Made by a program: the position numbers and the translations under genes
NCBI RefSeq assembly: GCF_042094015.1
Contig: NZ_JBELDZ010000001.1
Location: 44,091 to 108,090 of the forward strand
Direction of reading: 5' to 3'
Source: Aurantibacter sp.
Lineage (GTDB): Bacteria; Bacteroidota; Bacteroidia; Flavobacteriales; Flavobacteriaceae
DNA length: 64,000 nucleotides
Notes under the pieces: model-generated
The model's input: only the letters and a program-made list of their open reading frames with translations
Databases searched by the model: none
Told to the model about the DNA's origin: nothing
Part shown: positions 17,462 to 27,493 of the stretch, one piece after another
How the letters are laid out: the number at the start of each line of letters is the position of its first letter
Numbering within the stretch: position 1 is the first letter of the stretch

Positions 17462-18595
17462 TTACAATAGGTTTTTTAAAAGTTGAAGTAAATCTGTTAT
17501 CTCCTTATTTGTATTATAATTATGTAAGCAAAAACGAAGTCTTTCTAGGTCTTTTGGAACTGTAGGACTTAAAATTGCTTTGACATTAAAACCATTGTCT
17601 TGAAGTTTTTGCGCAGCTTTTTTAACATTATCATTTCCTTTTATAATAATACATTGAATTGCAGAATCACTTTCTATAAATAGGTTTTGAAGTTGGAAAC
17701 GTTTCTTTTCAGAATTAAAAAAGGAAATATTATTTTTAAGCTGAGTAATAGTTTTTGTGATTTCTAATTCCTGGTAAGCTATGTAAATTGTAGCTATAGA
17801 ATGTGGTGGCAGTGCTGTTGTATAAATTAAAGATTTTGAAAAATTAACTAAGTAATTAATTAAATCTGTACAACCTAAAATTGCTGCACCGTGACAACCT
17901 AATGCTTTTCCAAAGGTTATAATTCTGGCAAAAACAGCTTTTGAATTTGTGCTATTTATTAAGCCGCAACCATTAATTCCAAATACGCCAAAAGCGTGAG
18001 CTTCGTCTATAATTAATCTTGCGCTATGTTGTTTAGATGCTTGAATTAATTTTTCTATATCTGGAGAATCTCCATCCATAGAAAAAACAGATTCGGTTAT
18101 AATATAAATAGTTGTGTTTTTATCTGATTTTGATAATTTCTCATTTAAATCATCAATGGAATTATGTTTAAACTTAAAAGCTTTTGCGTTAGATAATATA
18201 ATAGCTTCTCTAATTGATGCGTGACAAAATTCATCATAAAAAATAATGTCATTTCGCTGACAAATAGAGGCAATTAATCCAATATTAGCATTGTAGCCGG
18301 AATTGTAGATTAAAGCTTTTTCTACAGAATGAAATTTGGCAATATAATCTTCGGTTAAATCATAGAGTGTATGATTCCCAGAAATTAATCTAGAACCTGT
18401 AGCGCCATTATTTTTAAGATTTTTAGTTTCTAAAAACTTTAACGTGTTATTGAAGATGGTTGTGTTTTTAGCGAAACCAATATAATCGTTAGAAGAAAAA
18501 TCTATTAAATGAGATGTTTGTTCAATACTTCTTAGACTATGGTCTGAAATCCGCTGGTTTAATTTGTTTAAAGATTTTTTATCTAAGTGTTGCAT
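17462..18595 (-). CDS. bioF: 8-amino-7-oxononanoate synthase
   Basis: Class-II aminotransferase with the PLP lysine in ITFGKALGCHGAAI and SMDGD. I prefer the ATG at 18595 (MQHLDKK) because the track's TTG at 18613 overlaps a -7 box. Confidence 0.9.
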   Translation of the reverse strand: MQHLDKKSLNKLNQRISDHSLRSIEQTSHLIDFSSNDYIGFAKNTTIFNNTLKFLETKNLKNNGATGSRLISGNHTLYDLTEDYIAKFHSVEKALIYNSGYNANIGLIASICQRNDIIFYDEFCHASIREAIILSNAKAFKFKHNSIDDLNEKLSKSDKNTTIYIITESVFSMDGDSPDIEKLIQASKQHSARLIIDEAHAFGVFGINGCGLINSTNSKAVFARIITFGKALGCHGAAILGCTDLINYLVNFSKSLIYTTALPPHSIATIYIAYQELEITKTITQLKNNISFFNSEKKRFQLQNLFIESDSAIQCIIIKGNDNVKKAAQKLQDNGFNVKAILSPTVPKDLERLRFCLHNYNTNKEITDLLQLLKNLL

Positions 18596-18610
18596 AATTG
18601 TATTGAAATA

Positions 18611-18618
18611 CAAATATA
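18611..18618 (-). promoter_or_regulatory. Candidate Bacteroidota -7 promoter box (TATATTTG) for the bio operon
   Basis: The minus-strand sequence TATATTTG matches the TAnnTTTG consensus and lies 15 nt upstream of the bioF ATG at 18595. Confidence 0.35.
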
Positions 18619-18647
18619 TTAAAGACTAATTTGAAACAACGCTAAAA

Positions 18648-18682
18648 CAAAAAAAGACTACCATTTAAATGATAGTCTTTTT
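18648..18682 (-). terminator. Rho-independent terminator downstream of the nuclease-family gene
   Basis: Stem aagactacca (18654-18663) / tgatagtctt (18670-18679) with one mismatch. On the minus strand it is followed by TTTTTTTG. Confidence 0.65.
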
Positions 18683-18704
18683 ATATGTTAATTTATGTGA
18701 AAAA

Positions 18705-19757
18705 TTATTCCACTTCTTTTATTAAATGGATATAGACAGGAAAGTGATCTGAAAATCCATCTGTAAAACTACCATTAGCGAAACTACGTAAAGGATAACC
18801 TTTCCAGCGTCCTTTTTTATTAACTAAATAATTTTTATTAAAAATTCCTGCTTTATAGAATTGGAAAGATTTGTAATCTTTTTCTACAAAAGGTTGTGTC
18901 ATCATAATTTGATCAAACAAACTCCAGCTATCTCTGTATGCATTAGAACCAAGTCCCTTTTTAAAGAAATCTATCATTGGATTATAAATACCTTTAAACT
19001 TTACATTTTCAATTTTACGCTCTGCTTTTAAAACATCTTTAACACTAGCATTATTAGGATTATCATTTAAATCTCCCATAGTAATAATTTTAGCATAAGG
19101 ATTTATAGCTTGTAAAGAGTCTATTAAGCGTTTGTTTAGTTTTGCGGCAGCAACTCTTTTAGATCTACTTCTTGCTTCTCCACCACGTCTCGATGGCCAG
19201 TGATTAACAATAAAATGCATTTCTTCTCCATCTAGCTTTCCAGAAACTAATAATTGATCACGTGTATAAATACGTTCTCTAGATTGATCATCATATAACA
19301 TTAATGTATGTGTGCTATGAGATGTAGGTTGGAATAGGCGTTTTTGATATAATAAACCTACATCAATACCTCTTCGATCAGGAGAATCATAATGTATAAT
19401 GCCATAATCTTTGTTTAAAAGTAAAGAGTCATTCACAACATCTTCTAGAACTTCTACGTTTTCAATTTCCACAACACCAATTACAGCAGGCGTATTGTTA
19501 GACATATCTTTTCCGATGTCTGATAAAACGCGTGCCATATTTTTTACTTTTTTCTTATAAATTTCCGAACGATTTGTATTTAGTTCCATCATTGGGCTAG
19601 CTTCATCGTTTTTCTCAGGATCATTTATGGTGTCAAATAAATTTTCAAGATTATAAAACGCAACTGTGTGCAATTTAAATTTCTTTTTTTCCTGTGCATG
19701 CATAGTAAATATCCCAGTAATACTAAGGATTAAGCATAATTTTACTAAATGTTTCAT
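18705..19757 (-). CDS. Secreted endonuclease/exonuclease/phosphatase (EEP) family protein
   Basis: Signal peptide. EEP motifs VAFYNLENLFD, IGVVEIEN, MGDLND, FSDHFPVY. Confidence 0.85.
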   Translation of the reverse strand: MKHLVKLCLILSITGIFTMHAQEKKKFKLHTVAFYNLENLFDTINDPEKNDEASPMMELNTNRSEIYKKKVKNMARVLSDIGKDMSNNTPAVIGVVEIENVEVLEDVVNDSLLLNKDYGIIHYDSPDRRGIDVGLLYQKRLFQPTSHSTHTLMLYDDQSRERIYTRDQLLVSGKLDGEEMHFIVNHWPSRRGGEARSRSKRVAAAKLNKRLIDSLQAINPYAKIITMGDLNDNPNNASVKDVLKAERKIENVKFKGIYNPMIDFFKKGLGSNAYRDSWSLFDQIMMTQPFVEKDYKSFQFYKAGIFNKNYLVNKKGRWKGYPLRSFANGSFTDGFSDHFPVYIHLIKEVE

Positions 19758-19929
19758 TAAATGTTAGTGTTATGTTAATGTTATGTTATTTACAAATTGT
19801 TTGCCAAAAGTAGTTATTAATTATAAATAATGTAAATTTGTGCCGCTTTAGTAACAATTATTTAATAATTGAAATGAAAAGTAAAAAATAGATTAACTCG
19901 TAAAAATTAAATTTTAAGATTAACAAAAA

Positions 19930-22782
19930 ATGAAAAAAATTCTAACAACGTTTTTGTTTGGAATATTCTCAATGTCTGTAGCATTAGCTCAACAAACTAT
20001 TGTAAAAGGTAGTGTTGTAGATGGAGTTACAGGAGAACCACTTGAAAACGTAATCGTAAAAATTGAAGAAACTAAACAAGAAACTACAACGAATGGTTTA
20101 GGTGAGTTTGTTTTTACTCCAACACCAGAATTAGGCGAACAAACTTTAGTTCTTTCTAAAGATGGTTATGTTGCAAAACGCTATCCAATTGTTGTGAATG
20201 AAGGCAAAGAGTTAAATATTACAGATATGTCTTTAGATATAGACATTAGTGATCAACAAGACTTATTTACCGTAACGCTTTCGGAAGAAGACTTAAATGA
20301 TGATGATAGTGGTTCAGATAATATATCTGGTTTACTGTCTTCTTCAATGGACGTTTTTCAAAGAACTGCTGCTTTTGAATTTAGTTCTTCTTTCTTTAGA
20401 GTAAGAGGATTAGATTCTGATAACGCAACTGTTATGATTAATGGTATTGAAATGAATAAATTTGACACAGGAAGACCACAATGGGGAAATTGGGGAGGAT
20501 TAAATGATGTTGTTCGTAATCAAGAACTGGCTACAAACCTTCATGCTTCAGCTTATACTTTTGGTGGTGTTTTAGGATCTACAAATATTTCTACAAGAGC
20601 TTCTGCTTACAGAGAAGGAGGACAAATAACATACTCTTCTTCAAACAGAAGTTATTCAAATAGATTAATGGCTAAATATTCTTCTGGTTTAATGGAAGAT
20701 GGTTGGGCTTATACTATTATGGCTGGAAGGCGTTGGGGAGACGAAGGTTTTCAAGACGCGACTTTGTATGATGCTAATTCATTTTTTGCGTCTATAGAGA
20801 AAAAAATTAATGATAAACATAGCCTTAATTTCACCTCAATTTACGCACCTAATAGAAGAGGTAAATCGTCTCCGCTTACGCAAGAGGTTGCTGATTTAAA
20901 AGGTATTAAGTATAATGAATATTGGGGAGATTTAGACGGTAAGAAGAAAAACTCTCGTGTTAAAGAAGTTGAAGAGCCAATTTTGCAATTAAGTCATTAT
21001 TGGGATATCAACTCTAAAACCAGTTTAAATACAACTTTAGGGTATCAATTTGGTAAGGTAGGGAATAGTCGTTTAGATTTTCCTGGAGGAGCAAACCCTA
21101 GTCCAGCATACTACCAAAACCTACCAAGCTATCACCTGTCTCAAATAGATGATGATGGACCAAATTATGCTGCTGCTTATTTAGCAGAGCAAGAATTCAT
21201 TAATAATGGTCAGATTAATTGGAATGATCTTTTTCAAGCTAATATTAATGACAATAATGACGTTAATGGGAATCCATCAGCTGCATATTTATTATATGAA
21301 GACAGAACGGATGACAAAACATTATCTTTTAACTCGGTTTTTTCTACAGAAATTAACGAGAACATATTATTAAATGCTGGTTTGAATTATAGAAAATTAA
21401 AATCTGAGAATTTTGCAGAAGTTATAGATTTGTTAGGAAGTAATGTAGGAGTAGCTAATGTAGATGCATTTAGTCAAGTAGATTTCGATTTACTTAACCC
21501 AGGACAAATAGCAAATGAAGGAGATAAGTTTAGATATAATTTTAATTTATATGCCGAGGAAATAGGTGGTTTTGCTCAAGCACAATTTAAGTATAATAAA
21601 TTTGACTTTTTTCTTGCAGGTAATATTACAAAAACACAATATCAAAGAGAAGGTTTATTTAAAAATGGAAACCAACAATTTGATATTGTTGACGAAACTA
21701 CTGGTCTAGTTACTGGAACTTTAGATAACTCATCGGGAAAAGGAAAGAAACTAGATTTCACTGGATTTGGTGCTAAAGCTGGATTTACTTATAAAGTTTC
21801 TGGAAAGCATTTATTCGATGTAAATGGTGGTTATGTTGCACAAGCACCTAATCTAAGAAATACATATACAAACTCTAGAGAGAGCCAAGATTATGTTGGT
21901 GTTACTAGAGGAGAAAATTTTGAAGGTGTTGAATTAACAGAGGAAAAAATTAAATCTTTTGACGCAAGTTATATTTTTAGATCTTCAATTGTTAAAGCAC
22001 GCTTAACAGGTTTTTATACTAAAATAGAAGATGCTAACGAAGTATCATTCTTCTTCACGCAAAGTGCTTCTACAGCAGGTTTTATTCAAGAAACACTTGC
22101 GGGTGTAGATAAAAGACATATTGGAGCAGAGTTAGGTATAGAAGCACAAGTTACTCCAACCATTAAATTAAAAGGAGCTGCTTCAGTTGGTCAATATACT
22201 TATGATAATAATCCGTTTGTGTATTTAACATCAACTTCAGAAGATTTTAATGATAGAGCAGATGCTGGTAGTGCTGTAAATGAAATTTATCAAACATCTA
22301 TTAAAAACTATAAAGTTGCAGGTGGACCACAGCGAGCTTATTCAGTTGGTTTTGAATACAGAGACCCAAAATATTGGTGGTTTGGAGCAACAGCAAACTT
22401 TTTCTCTAACACCTATGTAGACATTAGCCCATTAGCACGTTCAGAATATTTCACTCAAGACCCAATAGATGGTGTTACATACAGTGATTATGATGCTGAT
22501 ATAGCTAGAGAATTATTACGTCAAGAAAAAATTGAAGACTATATGGTAATCAATTTAGTTGGTGGAAAATCTTGGAAAGTTGGAGATAAATACATTGGAT
22601 TTTTTGCAAGTATAGGAAATGTATTAGATCAGCAATATAAAACTGGTGGTTTTGAACAAGGTAGAAAGTCAACATACACAGACTTGCTAGAAGATAACTC
22701 TACGCCTTCAAGAGTCTTTGCTCCAAAGTATTTCTTTGGAAGAGGAGCAAATTATTTCTTAAATTGCTACGTAAGATTTTAA
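19930..22782 (+). CDS. TonB-dependent outer-membrane receptor (not SusC-type by context)
   Basis: Signal peptide. Carboxypeptidase-regulatory domain (TIVKGSVVDGVTGEPLENVIVKI). Plug (FRVRGLDSDNATVMINGIEMN). Long barrel ending NCYVRF. Confidence 0.9.
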   Translation: MKKILTTFLFGIFSMSVALAQQTIVKGSVVDGVTGEPLENVIVKIEETKQETTTNGLGEFVFTPTPELGEQTLVLSKDGYVAKRYPIVVNEGKELNITDMSLDIDISDQQDLFTVTLSEEDLNDDDSGSDNISGLLSSSMDVFQRTAAFEFSSSFFRVRGLDSDNATVMINGIEMNKFDTGRPQWGNWGGLNDVVRNQELATNLHASAYTFGGVLGSTNISTRASAYREGGQITYSSSNRSYSNRLMAKYSSGLMEDGWAYTIMAGRRWGDEGFQDATLYDANSFFASIEKKINDKHSLNFTSIYAPNRRGKSSPLTQEVADLKGIKYNEYWGDLDGKKKNSRVKEVEEPILQLSHYWDINSKTSLNTTLGYQFGKVGNSRLDFPGGANPSPAYYQNLPSYHLSQIDDDGPNYAAAYLAEQEFINNGQINWNDLFQANINDNNDVNGNPSAAYLLYEDRTDDKTLSFNSVFSTEINENILLNAGLNYRKLKSENFAEVIDLLGSNVGVANVDAFSQVDFDLLNPGQIANEGDKFRYNFNLYAEEIGGFAQAQFKYNKFDFFLAGNITKTQYQREGLFKNGNQQFDIVDETTGLVTGTLDNSSGKGKKLDFTGFGAKAGFTYKVSGKHLFDVNGGYVAQAPNLRNTYTNSRESQDYVGVTRGENFEGVELTEEKIKSFDASYIFRSSIVKARLTGFYTKIEDANEVSFFFTQSASTAGFIQETLAGVDKRHIGAELGIEAQVTPTIKLKGAASVGQYTYDNNPFVYLTSTSEDFNDRADAGSAVNEIYQTSIKNYKVAGGPQRAYSVGFEYRDPKYWWFGATANFFSNTYVDISPLARSEYFTQDPIDGVTYSDYDADIARELLRQEKIEDYMVINLVGGKSWKVGDKYIGFFASIGNVLDQQYKTGGFEQGRKSTYTDLLEDNSTPSRVFAPKYFFGRGANYFLNCYVRF

Positions 22783-22862
22783 ATAACAAAAAAGAAAAAT
22801 TATATTTATAAACGATTTTTTAAAGAGGTTTATCCTTTTAAGAAATTTTAAAAAAAAGTATT

Positions 22863-24278
22863 ATGATTAAAACAAACAAAATTTTAGCACTTGGATTCGG
22901 AATTGTTTCTATGCTATTCATAAACTCATGTGTTGAGGACGACGATTACACAACACCAAACTTAACTATTGCACCAGTAGATGTATCTTCTCTTGGTTTA
23001 GAAACATCATTTTCTAATATAATTGCTCGTTATAACACAGCAGTTGTAAATGGAGAACAAGTAGGTGTTTTTTCTGTTGAAAACGATGGTCCATTATATG
23101 CTGTAGGTTATGTGGTTTCTGATGATGGATCTGGGAATTTTTATGAAGAAATTGTTATTCAAAATTCTATAGATGGGACTGATCCTTCAGGAGATGTAAG
23201 AAGAGGTTTGAAAATCGATATAAATGCTAACGACTTAGGAGGAATTTATAACTTTGGACGTAAAGTTTATATTAAATTAAATGGTTTAGCAATATCTGAA
23301 GATAATGGTGTTTATGTTTTAGGTAAATCTGAAGGAAATAGTTTAGAACAAATTGAAGAATCTTTAGTTTCTGACTTTATAATTAGAGACCCAGAGACAG
23401 TTGTTATAGAGCCTAAAATGGTTGCAATTGAAGACTTAACTGATTTAGATGAAAGTACATATATCCAATTAAGTAATTCTCAAATAGTGAAAGCACAAAA
23501 AGACTTAACTTATGCTGGAGAAGCTACAGATGAATTTGATGGGTTTAGAACAATAACTAACTGTGATACTAATGCATCATTATTATTACAAACTAGTACG
23601 TTTGCAGATTTTAACGGAGCGCAATTACCGTCGGGAAAAGGGACAATTTCTGGAGTTTATACTAGAGATTTTGGAGACGATTTTAGTGTGTTAATAGTAA
23701 ATGCAGTTACAGATATTGATTTTAATGACCCAAATAGATGTGATCCAGTTGTTTTAGAATGTACTGGTGTTAGTGGTGGAGGATCTACTCTTTATTCTGA
23801 AAACTTTGAAGGATTTGGTGGTTATGCAGCTGAAGGTTGGACAATGACAAATGTAGATGGCGGAAGCGTTGATTGGTTTATAAGTTCTTTTAGTGGTAAC
23901 AATTATTCTAGAATTTCAGCTTTTAGCTCAGGTGAAAGTGCAGCTGAGGTTTGGTTAGTAACTCCAGATATTGATATGGATACGACTACAGGAGAAGAGT
24001 TAAGTTTTGATTTAGAAGCAGCTTTTGCTAATGGAATTATAATTTCTGTTTATGCATCAACTGATTTCTCAGGAGATGTTACTACTGCAACTTGGACGCA
24101 ATTAGATGCAAATATTCAAGCTGGTCCTTCAAGTGGATTTGGTGGTTTTGAAACTATTGATCCAATAAACATATCTTGTTTGGATGGTTCTGTAAACTTT
24201 GCATTTGTTTATACTGGTTCAGACCCTAGTGCTACAACTAGATATCATTTAGATAATTTAGTTATAACAGGTAACTAA
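22863..24278 (+). CDS. Surface lipoprotein with OB-fold-like N-domain (DUF5689-like) and choice-of-anchor-J-like C-domain
   Basis: Lipobox FINSC. The OB-like pattern is GYVVSDDGSGNFYEEIVIQNS...GLKIDI...GRKVYIKLNGLAISEDNGVYVLG. The C-terminal module is ENFEGFGGYAAEGWTMTNVDGGSVDW...RYHLDNLVITG. The DUF5689 name comes from memory of family patterns, not from a search. Confidence 0.6.
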   Translation: MIKTNKILALGFGIVSMLFINSCVEDDDYTTPNLTIAPVDVSSLGLETSFSNIIARYNTAVVNGEQVGVFSVENDGPLYAVGYVVSDDGSGNFYEEIVIQNSIDGTDPSGDVRRGLKIDINANDLGGIYNFGRKVYIKLNGLAISEDNGVYVLGKSEGNSLEQIEESLVSDFIIRDPETVVIEPKMVAIEDLTDLDESTYIQLSNSQIVKAQKDLTYAGEATDEFDGFRTITNCDTNASLLLQTSTFADFNGAQLPSGKGTISGVYTRDFGDDFSVLIVNAVTDIDFNDPNRCDPVVLECTGVSGGGSTLYSENFEGFGGYAAEGWTMTNVDGGSVDWFISSFSGNNYSRISAFSSGESAAEVWLVTPDIDMDTTTGEELSFDLEAAFANGIIISVYASTDFSGDVTTATWTQLDANIQAGPSSGFGGFETIDPINISCLDGSVNFAFVYTGSDPSATTRYHLDNLVITGN

Positions 24279-24299
24279 AAAATAAAATAATTTTAAAAA

Positions 24300-24329
24300 C
24301 CCGCTAGTTTATTCTAGCGGGTTTTTTAT
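24300..24329 (+). terminator. Rho-independent terminator
   Basis: Stem cccgctag (24300-24307) / ctagcggg (24314-24321), followed by TTTTTTATTTTT. Confidence 0.8.
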
Positions 24330-24338
24330 TTTTAGCCT

Positions 24339-24716
24339 ATGACAATTTTCAATCAATTATATCTTTTTGTATTTAATAAATACAAACCAAAATATAAACT
24401 CAAGGCTAATAGCATTGCCCTAATTTATATATCTATTTTACAAATAAGTTTAGTGTTTTTAGCAGGTACATTTGTTGCTGCATTTTCAAATCAAATGAAT
24501 TTAGATTTAATGTCTCAATCAAAAGCAATTACCTTTTTTGTAATTATAGCAATAGTCATTCATTTCTCAAATTGGATGAGTTATAGTGGTCAATCTAGAA
24601 AGGTTATGAACGCTAAATACAATAAAAGTAAAAAAATAGAACAAAATGTTATATTGGTTTTTTGTTTACCAATATTAGCTTTTTTATTGGGCTCGTTATT
24701 TCTTCAGAGTCTATAG
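24339..24716 (+). CDS. Small hypothetical membrane protein (about 3 TM)
   Basis: Hydrophobic segments IALIYISILQISLVFLAGTFVAAF, ITFFVIIAIVIHF and VILVFCLPILAFLLGSLFL. No recognisable family. The start codon is uncertain because it lies 10 nt after a terminator. Confidence 0.4.
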   Translation: MTIFNQLYLFVFNKYKPKYKLKANSIALIYISILQISLVFLAGTFVAAFSNQMNLDLMSQSKAITFFVIIAIVIHFSNWMSYSGQSRKVMNAKYNKSKKIEQNVILVFCLPILAFLLGSLFLQSL

Positions 24717-24851
24717 TTTTATGAATAATACTTTTTAATGTGTTTTTAATCGACACAAAGAAACACTTAGTCTATTATAATATTAAAACATTATGTTGAT
24801 TTTTAAATATTATTACTTTAGATAAATTAAATTTAACACAATTATAAAAAA

Positions 24852-27455
24852 ATGAAGAATTTTACATTTTTGTGCGTACTCTTTTTAGGGATAATTAGTG
24901 GTTTTTCGCAAACAAATTTTAATGTTGATTGTAGTGCTGGTACACAAGTATTTAATTATTGTTATACAAGTAATAGTACCGAAACAGTAACTTTTACTTC
25001 AACTACAGGATTCCCACTTCAATTAGTATTTGATGCTGGTTCTGTTGAGGCAGGATGGGATACTATAATTATTAATGATTCTGATGGAAGTGATTTGTCT
25101 GGTTTAATTGATGGAGATTTAACAGGTTTATCTTTTACTTCTTCAGGAGATTCAATTTCTTTTACTTTTGATTCTGATGGCTCTGTATCTTGTGATTCAG
25201 GTAGTGAAACCGAAATTGAGGTATCCGTAAATTGTTTAACGTGTCAGCCACCAATTGCTACTTTTACAGCTGTTGATGATTGTTCAAATCCAGATGCGCC
25301 AGTTTTTTATGTTGAAGTTGATTTAACAGATATAGGGTCTGCTTCTTTTATACAAATTGTAGATAATCAAGGTAGTCCAGGACAATTGCCTACAGCTCCA
25401 GGGTTATTTAATTTTGGACCATATGCATTTGATTTAGATGTAGTAATAGAAATAAGTACTGATGATATAAACTGTATAGTAACAAGTGATGTTTTGAAAT
25501 CTACCTGTCCTATACCACCAAACGAATGTTCTATGATATTTGCTGGTCCAGACGCTACTTTTGATTGTAATAATAATTCAGTTGATTTAACAGCTTCTTT
25601 TCAAGTAACGGGTCAAGATTTTAATGTATACGAAATTAATGCCTTATCGACTTGTCCAACTCCTCCAACAACAGGTGGAACTCCAACCAGTTTGGATATT
25701 GATGATACTTGGTCTGAGGTAGTTGATTTAGAATTCGATTTTTGTTTTTTTGGTGGCGTATATAACCAAATAGTAATTGGTTCTAATGGTGTTGCTTCTT
25801 TTGATACATCATTAGCTGGTGGCTATAATGATTGGGGTTTTTCAGATCCTTTACCAAATAACACAGATGCTGCTTTGTCAGAACCTAATATTTTTGCTGG
25901 ATTACATGATATTGATCCTTCAGTGTGTGGAGATGTTAATTATTCTGTTTTAGGTACTGCTCCTAGTAGACAATTTCTAATTAATTTTTCTGAAGTATGT
26001 CAATTTAGTTGTAATGATTTACAATCTACAATGCAAATTATTTTATATGAAAGCTCAAATAATATTGATATAAACATCTTTGAAAAACCTTCTTGTTTAG
26101 GATGGAATGGTGGTAGAGCAGTTATTGGTGTTCAAAACCCAGCTTCAGACATTGCATTTACGCCTCCAGGTAGAAACACTGGTGTTTGGGATGTGGACCC
26201 AAGTGCTCCAGAATCTTACCGTTTTTCACCTGGTGTAAGTACTACTCCAGATTATGTTTTTGAATGGTATGACAATGGAATATTTATTGGTAATACAGAA
26301 ACAATAACAGTAAATCCAACAGAAGCTACATCTTATACAGCTTCTATAACATATTCTCAATGTACTGGTGGGAATGTTACTGTTACAGATACTGTAACTA
26401 TATCACCTGATCCATTAATTAGTGATGATTCTAGTTTCACTATTACACCAAATTGTGATGGAGCAACAGTTGTTATAGACGGTGATACTGGTGGCTTTTT
26501 TGCCTTTAATCCTGTGCCAACCGATGGAGCGGTAATTGACTCTTTAACCGGTGAGGTTACAAATGGAGTCTCTGGAACATCTTATACTATAGAATATGCA
26601 GTTAATCCTACAGATATTTGTGGATCAACAACTACGCAAACATTTACGGTTTTTGGAGCAGTTAATTTACAGACACCAATAAATGGACTACAAGTTTGTA
26701 GTGTAGGTAACATTTTAGATTTTGATTTAACTATATTAGAAGTAGAAATTTTAGGGTCTTTAACAGGTATTACATTAACGTATTATAATTCATTATCAAA
26801 TGCAGAGACTGAAACTTCTCCAATTGCATTACCTACAAATTACCAAACAAATACCGCGGAAACAATCTACGTTAGAGGTGAAGATAATATTACTGGATGT
26901 TTTTCTACAACACAATTTGATGTTTCTAGTTTTATAACTCCTACAAGTTCATTTGACTTATCTCAATCTTATGAGGTTTGTCCAAATGCTACCAATCCAA
27001 TTACAATTACTGCAATTGCCGAAAATTATAATTTGTCTGAAGTAGATATAAAATGGTATTTTGAAGGTTCTGAGATTATTGGTCAATCAGGTTTAGATTT
27101 ACCAACGGTTTTAGAAGCAGGTAATTATGAAATTGAAGTTACTAATTTAACAACTAGTTGTTCTTCAATAGAAGCTATTACTGTTGTCGAATTGGTTAAT
27201 TGTGTTTTCCCACAAGGTATTTCTCCTAATAACGATGGTTTAAATGATAATTTCGACCTATCTAGTTTTGATGTTCAGTCTTTAGAGATTTTCAATAGAA
27301 ATGGAACACAGGTTTATATTAAAAGTGATGGTTACACAGATCAATGGTATGGACAATCTAAAAATGGAGACGAATTACCTGTAGGGACATATTACTTTAT
27401 TGCTAAATATGTAGATGGTAATACTAAGGCTTCTTGGGTTTATATCAATAGATAA
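24852..27455 (+). CDS. Large secreted protein with T9SS type-B (gliding-motility-associated) C-terminal domain
   Basis: Signal peptide. C-terminus FPQGISPNNDGLNDNFDL...FNRNGTQVY...GTYYFIAKY...WVYINR is the type-B CTD pattern. Ig-like repeats lie upstream. Confidence 0.85.
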   Translation: MKNFTFLCVLFLGIISGFSQTNFNVDCSAGTQVFNYCYTSNSTETVTFTSTTGFPLQLVFDAGSVEAGWDTIIINDSDGSDLSGLIDGDLTGLSFTSSGDSISFTFDSDGSVSCDSGSETEIEVSVNCLTCQPPIATFTAVDDCSNPDAPVFYVEVDLTDIGSASFIQIVDNQGSPGQLPTAPGLFNFGPYAFDLDVVIEISTDDINCIVTSDVLKSTCPIPPNECSMIFAGPDATFDCNNNSVDLTASFQVTGQDFNVYEINALSTCPTPPTTGGTPTSLDIDDTWSEVVDLEFDFCFFGGVYNQIVIGSNGVASFDTSLAGGYNDWGFSDPLPNNTDAALSEPNIFAGLHDIDPSVCGDVNYSVLGTAPSRQFLINFSEVCQFSCNDLQSTMQIILYESSNNIDINIFEKPSCLGWNGGRAVIGVQNPASDIAFTPPGRNTGVWDVDPSAPESYRFSPGVSTTPDYVFEWYDNGIFIGNTETITVNPTEATSYTASITYSQCTGGNVTVTDTVTISPDPLISDDSSFTITPNCDGATVVIDGDTGGFFAFNPVPTDGAVIDSLTGEVTNGVSGTSYTIEYAVNPTDICGSTTTQTFTVFGAVNLQTPINGLQVCSVGNILDFDLTILEVEILGSLTGITLTYYNSLSNAETETSPIALPTNYQTNTAETIYVRGEDNITGCFSTTQFDVSSFITPTSSFDLSQSYEVCPNATNPITITAIAENYNLSEVDIKWYFEGSEIIGQSGLDLPTVLEAGNYEIEVTNLTTSCSSIEAITVVELVNCVFPQGISPNNDGLNDNFDLSSFDVQSLEIFNRNGTQVYIKSDGYTDQWYGQSKNGDELPVGTYYFIAKYVDGNTKASWVYINR

Positions 27456-27493
27456 GATTAATAAAAACAAAAGAATAAATACAATTAACACAG

